Shown: piece after piece, positions 24,804-64,000 of the stretch
How positions within the stretch are numbered: the first letter of the stretch is position 1
Layout: every line of letters begins with the position of its first letter
Assembly (NCBI RefSeq): GCF_009914755.1
Contig: NC_060931.1
Source: the human T2T-CHM13v2.0 reference genome, Homo sapiens
Length of the DNA stretch: 64,000 nt
Direction: 5' to 3' (one strand)
Translations under genes and position numbers: made by a program
The notes under the pieces: generated by a model
What the model was told of the DNA's origin: nothing
Seen by the model: only the letters and a program-made list of their open reading frames with translations
Database searches by the model: none

Positions 24804-27800
24804 CTACTTGACGGGTTCCACCACCAGGACCTTGCACTCGCGCTTGGCAATCTTGTCCAGAGACAACACAGCCTTGTCCGGGGGCAGGTAGAGGGGGCGG
24901 CCAACAGGAGAGGCCACAGGGGGCGTGATGGCTCTGCGCTCCATCACACTGCCCGACCTGGGGGAAGGCAGAGGCTGTGGGCGCTGGTCAGACCCGGCAC
25001 CCTCGCTGCTCCCATCCTCTACCCGGTCCCATGCCACGCCCCCTGGTTCTGTACCTCATGAGGTGGCTTCGGGAAGGCTGCTGGTGGGAGAAGGACTGGG
25101 AGCGGCCCAGGCTAGCCTGATGCCTCTCCACCAAGTCCCGGACAGCAGGGCTGCTGGGGCTGCTCTTGCGGGAGAGGGGCCGGGCCTCGGGTGGAGGGTG
25201 GGACACGCTGGCGGTGAACTGCAGCTTCAGTTTCATGTGCTGGCTTAGCTGGGGGGAGACACAGGTCAGCATGCCAGCTCGGCTTCCAGGACCCAGGCCT
25301 CCTTCCAAATGGTCTTCCCCATGTGACAGACTGATGTCAAATCTAAATCCCACCTTCCCTCTGCCCAGCTTTTTATTTCATCCCCAAAATCTAAGGGTCC
25401 TGCCTCCGTCCACCCCAGCATTCTGCATCACTCAGCACTCAGCCCAGACCCTCCCCAGCCCACCTCGAAGAGCCCCGTCCTCAGAGCCTGGAAGGCCACA
25501 CTGAAGGTGAGCGCGCTGCCCTTCCGGGAAAAGCCAAGGTTGTTGAGGGGCGTGTGGCAGACGACGGAGTCCAGGGCAGCCTGCATGGCCCGGCGCTCCT
25601 CCTCACACAGCTGCTTTCCTGGGGGCAGAAACAGGGACCAGCAAACACTACAGCGTTCCTCATTCCCACAGGGCCTTCGCCAGCACAGTCTCATCTGATT
25701 CTCAAAGCCACTCTGTGGAGTAAACTGAGCAAACGTTATCTTTTGTGCATGTTGTAGATAACAACAGCTAATACGTACTGTGTGCAAGGCACGTCACGTA
25801 TATTAACTCAGTATCTGCATGACAGCCCCATCAGATATGAGTTGCTCTATTTTAAAGGTGAGGACTCTGAGGCCCAGAGAGGTTAAGTAACTTATTCAAG
25901 GTCACACAGCTAGTAAAGGAGAGAAGTAGAGTTCACACCAGCGAGTGCAGCTCCAGTGTCTATGCCCTGAAAGTCACTCTGCCCCACTGCCTCTCTAAAC
26001 TCTCCATCTAGGACACTGGGGAGACCACCCAGGTACAGGGCGGAAGCCACCTGCCACAAGTCGCCTCCTGTGATGGGGCTGGCACCAAATTTGGCTGTTT
26101 TCACTGTCCTGCCTCCCTGACTTTTTCCTTTCTCTTCCCCTCCCTGGGGACCAAATTCCTACCTGGCAGCTGACCTACCAGCCTGTGCATGCTCTGGGGT
26201 CCACACGAGCCTCACAGCAAGGAAGTCTTGGAGATTGTTAAGCAGCGTGTAGGTGACAGTGAAACGCTCGTAGGTCCGAACAGGGGACTTACAAGAAGCG
26301 GTCATCACAAAACACGGGCGGTCCAAGCGGACACTGGGCAGGCTAGGAGTGGTGAGAGAGGGATGCTGGCTGTGTGTGTCAGGCCACAAAGGCGAACGCC
26401 ACGATTCCTCCAGGATCCACACTCACCGGTAGTGGGTGTAGATGCTCTGAGTGAAGGGCAGCTTTGGGGTAGACCACTGAACCACAGCAATCAGGGGAAC
26501 TTCCAGGCCCTGCAGGAGGGACAAAGGGGGTTGGCACAGGTATTAAGAGTGCCCCTCCCATCTTGAGTCAGCTGCCTGGTCTTTCCCTCCCACTGCCTTA
26601 TCACTTTTCTTTGAACACACCAGCCCCTTATGCTCACCTCCTTGGCCCCTGGAGGGGGCTGCTCACCCCCTCTCAGCTGAAACAGGAAGTTGTGTTCCTC
26701 CAGGGCATTCAGCGGGCAGGGGAAGCAGCCAGAGGTCCCGGGTAGGCGGCAGAAGGAGCCCATGGAGACTTCCCCAGACTGGTGACTAGCTCAGAAAAGA
26801 GGACAAGGCATGGTCTCCCCATGCCAGAGCTCAGCCCCTGAAGCCATCCCCACCACTTCACAGCCTCGCCCCTCCCAGGACCTCACCAGACATTGTCCAC
26901 CAGCAGCACAGAGCCATCGGGCATGACAGGTAGATAACTGGCGTTGAAGTTGGGGAGGATTCGGATATCCCAGATGGAGATTTCCTCCTGAGAGGAGCTG
27001 TTCAGCACTGTGGGAGAGGACCAGCTTGGCTCAGAATAGCTGGACCCCTCAGGCCCCACCTTTACCCAGAAAAAACCGGACCTACCCCACCAGCCTGCCC
27101 AGAGGAACTGCATCCAATCAGTTCCCTTGTTGCTCCCGGAGGCTGGAGCCGGCAGCCCTGCTTACCCTTGAGCACGGTCAAGTGTTTTCCAGCCACAGTG
27201 AACTGCCGGCATCTCAGAACCGGAGGGGGCAGCAGAGTCAGCAGCGTGCTCACTGCGGGAGGGGGTGGGGGCAAGAAGTGATGGTCTGGAGGCTGACCTC
27301 ACCTCCAACCCAGAATTCTCACCTTCCTCTTCTCAGAGCCCATTAGCCACTTTCCAGTGTGACCCCTCCCCTCTGTCCCCCAATTCCCAGACTCTAGCCC
27401 TTTGCCTCTGCGCTGCCCTGCCCACCTTGGGCCTTGAAAGCGCTCTGCTCGCCCCGGAATGTCTCCCCAGGAGATCGGGTCTGCAGCAATCGCAGGTAGC
27501 CTTGATCTCTGACCTCTGGTGCCTCAATCTCCCGCTTCCACACAGTCACTACAATCTGTCAAGAGGAAAGACAGATGGCTGAGCCCGGAAAAGGTGTCTG
27601 AATTAGGACAATAGCTCCACTCTTGCTCATCTTACCTTGGCCTTAGGTGTCCCTGGGGGCAGTCTATCCAGTGAAACGGTGAGTGGGAAGATGACCTCAT
27701 CTGTGGACACAATCGGTTCCTCCACAGGCAGCTGGGGTTGGGAAAGGGGTGAAGAGGTCAGGAGCAAGTCAGAGGCAGCCTGCAGCCTTTCCCTTTAAGA

Positions 27801-28292
27801 CCGGCAGTTCATCTGCCTCCTGCCTCAGGCCCCCAGCAAACCGCCCCTCCGTCCTGTGCCAGGTCCCCCAAAGCTCCTCACCGTGGTCGCTCCCCCTGAG
27901 GTAGCAGGGCCCGGGCCGTGGGTGAGAAGGGGGCTGCAGCCTCGGAACAAACCCCCACCCCCAGGATCCCCTCCCCCTGGGGGCTCCGAATCCTGGTCGC
28001 CGGCGCCGCCGCCCCCCGGCATCCCGCCTCCGGCGCTGACCGAGGCCAGGGCGGCCAGGGCGGTTGCCAGTTCTGCCCAGGCTCCTCTGGAGCCCAAGCC
28101 CGGGCCGCCCCCGGTGCCGGACCCCGCACCGCCCCGGCAGCGCAACACCAGCAGAAAACGGACAGTCTCCCCCAAGTACAGATGGTTGCGCCGGGGCAGC
28201 GCCCGGTACCGGCCCGGATCCCCTGCCAGCTCCGCGCGCGGCGGCAGCGGCACGGCCGGGAAGTACATCGAGTAGTCGCACTGGGACTCCAT
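24804..28292 (-). CDS. TRAPPC14: Trafficking protein particle complex subunit 14 (C7orf43/MAP11), 11 coding exons, 580 aa
   Basis: Minus-strand exons 28292-27882, 27731-27636, 27555-27426, 27252-27166, 27007-26887, 26785-26638, 26509-26427, 26342-26179, 25618-25464, 25248-25055, 24957-24804. GT-AG with consistent phases, 1743 nt. Starts MESQCDYSMYFPAVPLPP and ends KRECKVLVVEPVK*. Confidence 0.97.
25775..25965. mobile_element. MIR in TRAPPC14 intron 8
   Basis: MIR core: gtgaggactctgaggcccagagaggttaagtaacttattcaaggtcacacagctagtaa. Confidence 0.75.
26398..26462 (-). ncRNA. MIR4658: microRNA hairpin mir-4658 spanning the TRAPPC14 exon 7/intron 7 junction
   Basis: Minus strand reads GCTGCCCTTCACTCAGAGCATCTACACCCACTACCG|GTGAGTGTGGATCCTGGAGGAATCGTGGC, matching the recalled precursor. 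The recalled mature GUGAGUGUGGAUCCUGGAGGAAU begins exactly at the donor GT. Identification is from memory, not a search. Confidence 0.75.
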
Positions 28293-28680
28293 GGGGCGGC
28301 GAGGACGGCGCGACTGGGAGCCCGGACCGGAGGCCGACCGCCGGCGGGGCCCGCTAGGGTGGGTCCAGAGGGTCCCGACACCTCCGGCTGCTGCGCCCGG
28401 CTGGGGCGGCCGGAGAGACCGGCCCGGTCCCGGCACCGGGGCAACGAACCCGAACCGAGACCCGGCAGCGCCGGAACCGGGGTACTGAGCCGAATGACTG
28501 GAGAGAAACAGGAAGCGGAAGGGAGGGGGCGTGGCCGCCGAGGCCCCGGAATCTGCGGGTGCCCGGACCGTGGAGGAGGGGGCGGGGTCCCGCTGCTCTG
28601 AGGCTGCGAGAATGCAGGCGGGGGCTGCGGCCAGGCTTCTTGGAAAAGAAATGGAAGACCTCGTCGGCCAGGCGGGTTGG
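27880..28680 (-). promoter_or_regulatory. TRAPPC14 CpG island (promoter and exon 1)
   Basis: Very high CpG density; tandem ETS ggaagcggaag at ~28511-28521; GC boxes at ~28580 and ~28617. Confidence 0.85.
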
Positions 28681-29050
28681 CTCACGCCAGTAATCCCAGC
28701 ACTGTGGGAGGCCGAGGCGGCAGGATCGCTTGAGGCCAGGAGTTCAAGACCACCCTGGCCAACATAGCAAGAACTCCTCTCTGCAAAAAATTTAAAAATT
28801 ATCCGGGCGCGGTGGCGCGCGCCTGTATTCCCAGCTACTTAGAAGGCCTAGGCAGGAGGATCCTTTGAGCCCAGGAGTTTGAGGCTGAAGTGAGCTATGA
28901 TTGGGACACTGGACTGCAGCCTAGGTGACAGAGTGAGATCTTGTCTCGGAAAAAAAAAAAAAAACAACCCTTCCAACCCCACTTCTCCCAGGAAGATTCT
29001 CCATCCCTCCCCTTTCCACCCTCCATAAATCAAGTAGAAGTTTCAAATTA

Positions 29051-29056
29051 TTTATT
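29051..29056 (-). terminator. GAL3ST4 polyadenylation signal
   Basis: tttatt on + = AATAAA on -, about 670 nt past the stop and before the TRAPPC14 promoter. Confidence 0.7.
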
Positions 29057-29237
29057 CATTCAACAAACATGTCAGAGAGAAATGAACAGTCTAGTAGCAA
29101 ATATTTCATAGAGAAATGGACGTATCATTCCAACTCACCACGCCCCAAACTTCCTGTGGCTCACTCCATCTTTTGCCCCTCTAGGGAGCTTCGGTGATGT
29201 GGATCTGCCTTGGGGCAGGAAAGGGGAAGGGGAGGTC

Positions 29238-29616
<379 letters not shown>

Positions 29617-29720
29617 TCATCCCTTCTGGGAGATGCAGAAATGGCATCTTGCTGCCCCCCACTCATCACATGTGCCCTTCAAACATGGCTGCTCTTCCAC
29701 CTAAATCTGTAGTCTGATGT

Positions 29721-36888
<7,168 letters not shown>

Positions 36889-38987
36889 GTGGCACAGGGA
36901 AGGGTGAGGTGACAGAGAGATGGAGCCAGGGCCAGGAAGAGGGGCAGAGACAGCTGGAGACAGCCGTGCAGCTGCGGAAGGCACTGGTTGGAGATCGGGG
37001 GGTCATTCCCCAGGCCTGCTCACAGTCTTGGTTGAGTCTGCCCCCTGAGTTAGCAGATTTTTGCCTCTGTCAGCGTCTAGAAGGGAAATGAGGGGGGAAG
37101 AAGGGAAGTCTAAGGAGAGAGGCAGAGGCAGCCTTCTCTCCTGCTGCAGCTGAGACCTCCTTCAGGGAAGGGGAGTGGCTGGGGATGTTGTCTATACCCA
37201 GACTCTCCTAGGTGGCCCCACAACTACTGTCTCTGCTCTATCACTTTCTTATCTCCAGTTCCTCCCGCTCCCCACCTACAGTTGTCCCTGAGCCTTGGGG
37301 ATTTATAAGGGAAGGAGAGAAAAAGCCCCAGCTCGTGAATGAAACAGCCAGCAAGAGAGAGAGAGATCAGATCAATCAGCTCATTAACACAGTCAGGTCA
37401 GACCATGGTCGGGAACCTGGTTTCCTCCAGAGCCCCTCTGGCTGTCACAGATGGGGATAAAGAGCCCTATCCCAGGACCAGGAAGGGAAGCCATACAGTG
37501 GGAATGAGGATCAGACAGGACACAGGTGTATGAACCCAGGCAGGAGGAAGGGAGGTTGGACTTCCAGGAGTGGCATTGCAATGGGTAAGAGCCATTGGGT
37601 TATAAATTCCCGCGCCTCTTTTTTCTCTGTCTCAGCACGGGGCAGACCCCCATGTATGACAGGGGCTGGGGGAGACGTGTGGCTACTTATAAAGCCCAGA
37701 TCCCTGGACTTACCCACCATTCCACTTTCCAACCTTATCAGTGCACCCGGAGGAGACTGAAAGGGTGGGGCTGGAGAGGGAGACAGAAAGAGAGAGAGAC
37801 ACACACACACACACACACACACACAGAGAAACAGAGAGAGAGAGACAGAGGGACAGAGAGACTATGACACAAAGATAAGGAGAAAGGCGCAAACACTAAC
37901 TGCAGAGTTCCTTCTGAAGCCCGAGCTTCCTAATCAACCGGGAGTCCAGCCCCGCCCCTTCAGATTACAACTCGCGATCAGGGACCACGGCCCCTCCAAC
38001 AAGCCCCGACAGCTCCCTGCTCCGATGAGCCAGGGGTAACCCCAAGCAGAGAGAAGCCACACTTTTACTCCCGGAGACCTGCCCTCTCTGGCATCACTCC
38101 CCAATTCCCTCCCTGATCACAGCCCCTGGGGTCTAGCCGCGTCTCCCCTATCCAGAGTTCTTCATTTCCTTCCATCCATCTCTCCCTTCCCATGATTGGA
38201 GATCCCAGCCCTCTGTCCCCTCCAGCTTTGGTGACTGCCCAGTTGCCCCCGCTGGGGTTCCATGAACCCCTCATGTCTCCTCCCATAAATTAGAGGGTCC
38301 CTCCACTGGTCCTATCCTTGGTTTCACTTCCCACTCACCAGGCCACAAGGGGAGCAGCAAGGGAAATCGGGCCGGGCCCTCCCGCCCATCCCAGCCACCG
38401 CCCGACTCTTGGCTCAGCTCAACTTTCCCCAAGAACTTTCTCAGCGCCCAGGCTCCTCCCTCCTCCCTTTGTGCCGCCAGCCCCAGCAGCTGCTGCAGCT
38501 TTGATCGCGGTTCTAGGTCTCTCCCTCGCTGCATCTTCCCCTCTTCGGCAGGGCACCCAGACTCCTCTTGGAAGACACCACTTCCGCCCCCGCTTTCACA
38601 CTTGGGAATCAATCCTACCATTTTCTCTTGGCTTGCCGCAGAACAAAAGATTCATTCAGGCGGTGGAAAGAAAGAAGGAAGGAAGGAGAAAGTGATATTT
38701 GAAAGCAGACATTGTCAAGGACGTGGCAAGGTAGCCAGAGACTGACACTCAGAGAACAAGGCCTCCCATCCTGAAGGCAGGGGGCAGTGGTGTGGTCACC
38801 TTAATAATGCTTCGTGGCCGGGTGCGGTGGCTCACGCCTGTAATCCCAGCACTTTGGGAGGCTAAGGCTGGTGGATCGCTTGAGGTCAGGAGTTTGCGAT
38901 CAGCCTGGCCAACATGGTGAAACCCCGTCTCTACTAAAAATACAAAAATTAGCTGACTGTGGTGGCAGGCGCCTGTAATCCCAGCTA

Positions 38988-39095
<108 letters not shown>

Positions 39096-39414
39096 TCAAA
39101 AAAAAAAAAAAAAAAAGCCTCATGTTCAAAGAGCATTTTGCAGGTGACAAGGTGCTTTTTCACACAGATTCTATTTGGTCCCCACAATTCTCCCTGTTGT
39201 ACAAACGAAGATGCTCAGAGGCCCAGAGGGTGGGCAATTTGGAGATCAGAGGTTATTGTCTAGGCCCGCCTCCTGGGGGACAGGTGCCAAGGGAAGTGAA
39301 AAGCCGGCAGAAAATGAGCCAGTCACAGAGGCTCTGAGACCTCTGCTAGGAGCCAGGGCTCAGGCACTGATGGTGACAGCACAGAAGCCACACATGGGGT
39401 CCAATACATTACCA

Positions 39415-39420
39415 TTTATT
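39415..39420 (-). terminator. GPC2 polyadenylation signal
   Basis: tttatt on + = AATAAA on -, about 600 nt past the stop at 40024. Confidence 0.75.
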
Positions 39421-40023
39421 TGCAGAATAAACATGGACTCAAACACTGAAACATGGAGTTTGTGAAGGATGTGGGTGGCAGAGGTCACGAGATGAGCACC
39501 CCCCCACCTTGTTTTTTTTAAAATTTGGTTTAAGAAATTGATACTGAAAAAACTCAACAGAACCCAGGCCCATGAAGTCTCACATCCTACTCAAGCACCC
39601 TCAGTCCCCTGCCCTGCATCCAGCTGGTCCATTTCTGAGACCAGATGCCCCCACCCCTCCCCACTTCCAACTTCCTTCAAACCCCTTCCCCAGCTGCAAC
39701 TCTAAACTCCTCATTTTCTCTGTTGGGGCTGATCACCAGCCCCAGCCTTAGAGGGCTAGAGACTATACCTTCTAAGGAAACCACACTCCCTCCTAAATAA
39801 ATACCCCCAGGCCCCCCTCCCATTACCAAATGAAAAAATAAATATTGTGAACACCCACCCACCTCTGATGAAAATCTCCTGGATTTGGGGCCCCAGCCAT
39901 TCACCTGCAAAGTCCCTTCTCTACCCTCTCTGCAGCCCCCTTCGACTCCTCCCCAGGCCCAGCTGAGGGGGGAGGAGGGGAAAGGGCCATGAACCCTTCT
40001 GATGCTAGGGCACCCCTCCCCCG

Positions 40024-47009
<6,986 letters not shown>

Positions 47010-48289
47010 AACTGCAGCCACCCCAGGACGGCAAAGTGGGTCCTAAGGAGGAAAGCAGAGCCTCCCAAACTCGGGAATCCGGTACTCGGCCGCGGGACCG
47101 CTCCGCGGGCCAGAGAAAGAGCGCTGCTCCGGAAAACTGAATACCGAGCACGATAGCTGGACCAGGCGGCATCTGCCGAGACAATGGGAGCGGGGAGCCG
47201 GACAGGGGGCGGGGCCCGAGGCGGGGCCCCGCCAATAATGGCTCGGAGCCGGCTTCAGGGGCGGGGGCAAGGAAGAAATTAAGCCAATGTAGCGCGGAAG
47301 CTCGGCAGGGGGGCGGGACCCGGCTGGCACTCAGGAGGTTGGTGAAATAGGGGCGTGGTCTCCCTCGGGGGCGTGGCGATCCGGCTCAAAAGGCGGGGCC
47401 TGGGTGGAACCTAGCCTATGGCAATTGAGAAGCCAGATTAAAGGGGTTACTAGCAGTCTGGTCCAAAACCCGCCCAATGGAGTAGGAGATTGAGGGTAGC
47501 GGGGGTGGGACCTGGGTGGGGGCGGGGCTAAAGCGGGCCGCCCGCGTGCCCAAGCCCACGTGAGAGGGCAGGACGCCTGAGAGCTTGAGGCCACACGAGG
47601 CTGTGGAGCGGCGTGACTCAAACGTGGCGCGCATCAGCTCGCACACTTCCAAACCTCGCGATAGCTACTGGCCCTGGGCGAGCCGTTGGGATTGCGCTTG
47701 CGCACAGCGTGTCTTGTACGTTCCCGCGCTTTTCTGGAATCTTTCGCCCCCGGAAGGGCAGCGGCGGGCGCCTGTGTGGAAGGTGGGGTGGCCAGAGACA
47801 CCCGAGGGACCTGAGGTGGGGACCTTCCCTGAACCCTGCTCGGCCAGAAGTCACTCTTCCAGGCTCTGACAGGTTTCTCCTTGACCCAAGAATAGGCCCT
47901 CTCGCGACCCTCCCGGCCCTGACACTAGGAGCCTTCCCGGGCCGTGCCCCCAATGGCCTCCGCCACAGAGCTGGAGAATCCTCTCCCCAGGCCTCCATAG
48001 ACTGAGAGTCCATTCTCTTAAGCGCTTGGAAGGCTCTTTATCCTGGAGCCGCTTACCCCAGGGGCAGTCGTAGATATTTTTACCTTCTGGAAAAATAGGA
48101 AACGCGCACCTGCCTTTCCTCCTTTTGCGTTTCCAGCCCTATTCTCATGGCGCCTCCACCCCCAAATCCTTAAGAGCCTCCTGTTCCATTCCAGGTGGAA
48201 TCAGGTGCTAGTCCTCTGGAAACGAAAGCCTGGGGTCTTCTTGTATTTTTTTTCTTATTTCTTTCTTTATTTTTTTTATTTCATTTTAA

Positions 48290-49990
<1,701 letters not shown>

Positions 49991-50027
49991 TGAATAGCTG
50001 AATACAGGCATGCTCTACCACACCTGA

Positions 50028-59506
<9,479 letters not shown>

Positions 59507-60902
59507 TGAATAATGGAGTCTGGCAATAGTTTCATAGACCCATCCTGTAAGGGGTCATTACATGCTCATCTTGTTTCTGGGTTGTGGGCTCAACAAATAA
59601 TGTGTAATTTAGAGTTCTCTCTAATTCCACTTTTGCTCAGTTTTTTTTTTTTTGTCAGCACTCATTGTTAGGAGTGTTTAAGTGCTGTACCTGCCTGTCA
59701 TGCAGGGAATTAAGTTTTGACCTACTTGTCAAGTGTGCAGTGTGCAAGTGAGTGCAGGAGTACTAAAAGCCAACCATTGACAAGGGAGGCCAAATTTTCA
59801 AGGAATGGAAAGAAAACAGGCCTCCCAGTGAACTCGCTTTAAATTCTGTTGAATTTAGTCACTAGCTCCATAGCCTTATGTAACCTCTCTTCAGTTTTCT
59901 TTTCTTTAAAAAAAGGAATAATCTCACCTTTTTGTGAAGAATAAATGAGATGAGTAAATTGCCTCGCTTGGCTCATAGTAGATACTTGTTTTGTTTCCTT
60001 TTAAACTTAAAGATGACCACTGGGGGGCATAAGCCATAGCAAAATCTTTTACGCTGATGAAATCTTTAATCAGCTGGGTCTGTCATAAGAGTAACACTAC
60101 TGGTGTTTTCTCCTCACTCTCTGTTAGTGTCTAAGACCCCTCCTATGAGGTTGGCAGGACTCACCATGTCTGACCATATCATTTGGCTGTTTCTCTAGCC
60201 CTCACAAAAGATCTCTTCCATTCTAAATCACTAGAGAAGGAAACTTTCCACTTCCCTTATTCTCTTTTGTTATTTTGCATTGTCAGGTTGATCTTAAAAG
60301 CTTGAATATTAATCTATCCCGGATTTTAAATTATGTACACTAGTGCGAATCTTTTCTTTTCTTTTTCTTTTTTGGCTTCTCTGGGCTCTTGCTTAATCAA
60401 TTATCATTATAATTCCCCCATTTTATCCTAAATTTCTTCCTCCCCACTATTTTCTTCTCTCCACTTATAAATGTATATAGGCTCTTGAATCTTTATTTCA
60501 CTCTGCTCCTTTGTGAGTTACTCTTTTTTCCATCCTTCCTTTTAGGATAGTATTTCCTTACTTCCTTAATGTCCAACTAACTGAATCCTTTTTGCTACCT
60601 AGCTTATTTCCCCATTTTCTTTGAAACTGTTCTTTCTAAACCAATGACTTCCTAATTCCTAAAGCCAGTAGCCTTTTCTCAGTCTCCCTTTCCCAAATAT
60701 TTTACATATTTGCTTTACCTATTTTTGCTATTTTAGTGTAAAATATGGACATATAGGTACTTCAGCCCTAAAGACTTAAGTATGTCCTGTCGAAAATGAT
60801 ATGTTGTTCTTACATAATTGAAGAGGTGGGGCCTGTTGTCTTAAAGGATGTTCCCTTTCTCCTTATAATTCTGTTTCCTTGGTGTCTATTGTTCATGTGA
60901 TC

Positions 60903-61103
60903 CAGGATTTTTCAATAATGGCACTATGGACGTTGCGGGGCTGTCCTGCCATGGTAGGATGTTTAGCAGATCTCTGGCCTTTATCTACTAGATAGATACC
61001 AGTAGTACCCTGCTCCCCCAGCAAGTTGTGGCAGCCAAAAAAATCTTTAGACACTGCTAAATCTCCCCTGGGGAACAAAATTAGCCTCAGTTGAGAACCA
61101 CTG
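60903..61103 (+). mobile_element. MER20 (hAT-Charlie) MITE
   Basis: ggggctgtcctg..atggtaggatgtttagcag...gacactgctaaat.tcccctgggg...gttgagaaccactg matches the recalled MER20 consensus. Confidence 0.8.
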
Positions 61104-61195
61104 ATCTAATTCCTTTCTTCTCATTTTTGCTAGTTCCACTTCTATTAAACTGCAACTTACTAAAAATTTGTTTTCCAAATTGTTAGAAACATATA

Positions 61196-64000
<2,805 letters not shown>

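Noticed and set aside
27856-28767. Overlapping antisense and alternative-frame ORFs (up to 227 aa) over TRAPPC14 exon 1
   Set aside because: Expected in very GC-rich CpG-island DNA. They are Pro/Gly/Arg-rich with no recognisable domain or splice structure.

Overview
This is human genomic DNA, recognisable from its gene content as the very Alu-dense 7q22.1 block LAMTOR4(+) / TRAPPC14 (C7orf43, MAP11)(-) with MIR4658 / GAL3ST4(-) / GPC2(-) / STAG3(+, 5' part only). I spliced all coding exons by hand at GT-AG sites with consistent phase. They give 99, 580, 486 and 579 aa plus the first 289 aa of STAG3, with no internal stops noticed, and the lengths agree with the canonical proteins as I recall them. 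The first ~18 kb are intergenic and almost all repeat: Alus, a MER11 solo LTR inside an Alu, an Alu-split RPL7 retrocopy, and MER1/ERV fragments. STAG3 introns hold an Alu-split RPL29 retrocopy, MER20 and a Tigger1. Nearly all unspliced ORFs in the supplied track are Alu or low-complexity artefacts. I found no evidence for a new multi-gene system. The best second-look items are small-scale: a triplicated non-Alu unit in STAG3 intron 1, PRC1.6/NRF1-type motifs in the GPC2-STAG3 bidirectional promoter, a miRNA hairpin straddling a splice donor, a possible NMD-escaping LAMTOR4 intron-retention isoform, a furin-type site in a GAL3ST4-specific insert, and several micro-rearrangements. Repeat family names come from recalled consensus sequences, not from a search, and repeat boundaries are approximate.
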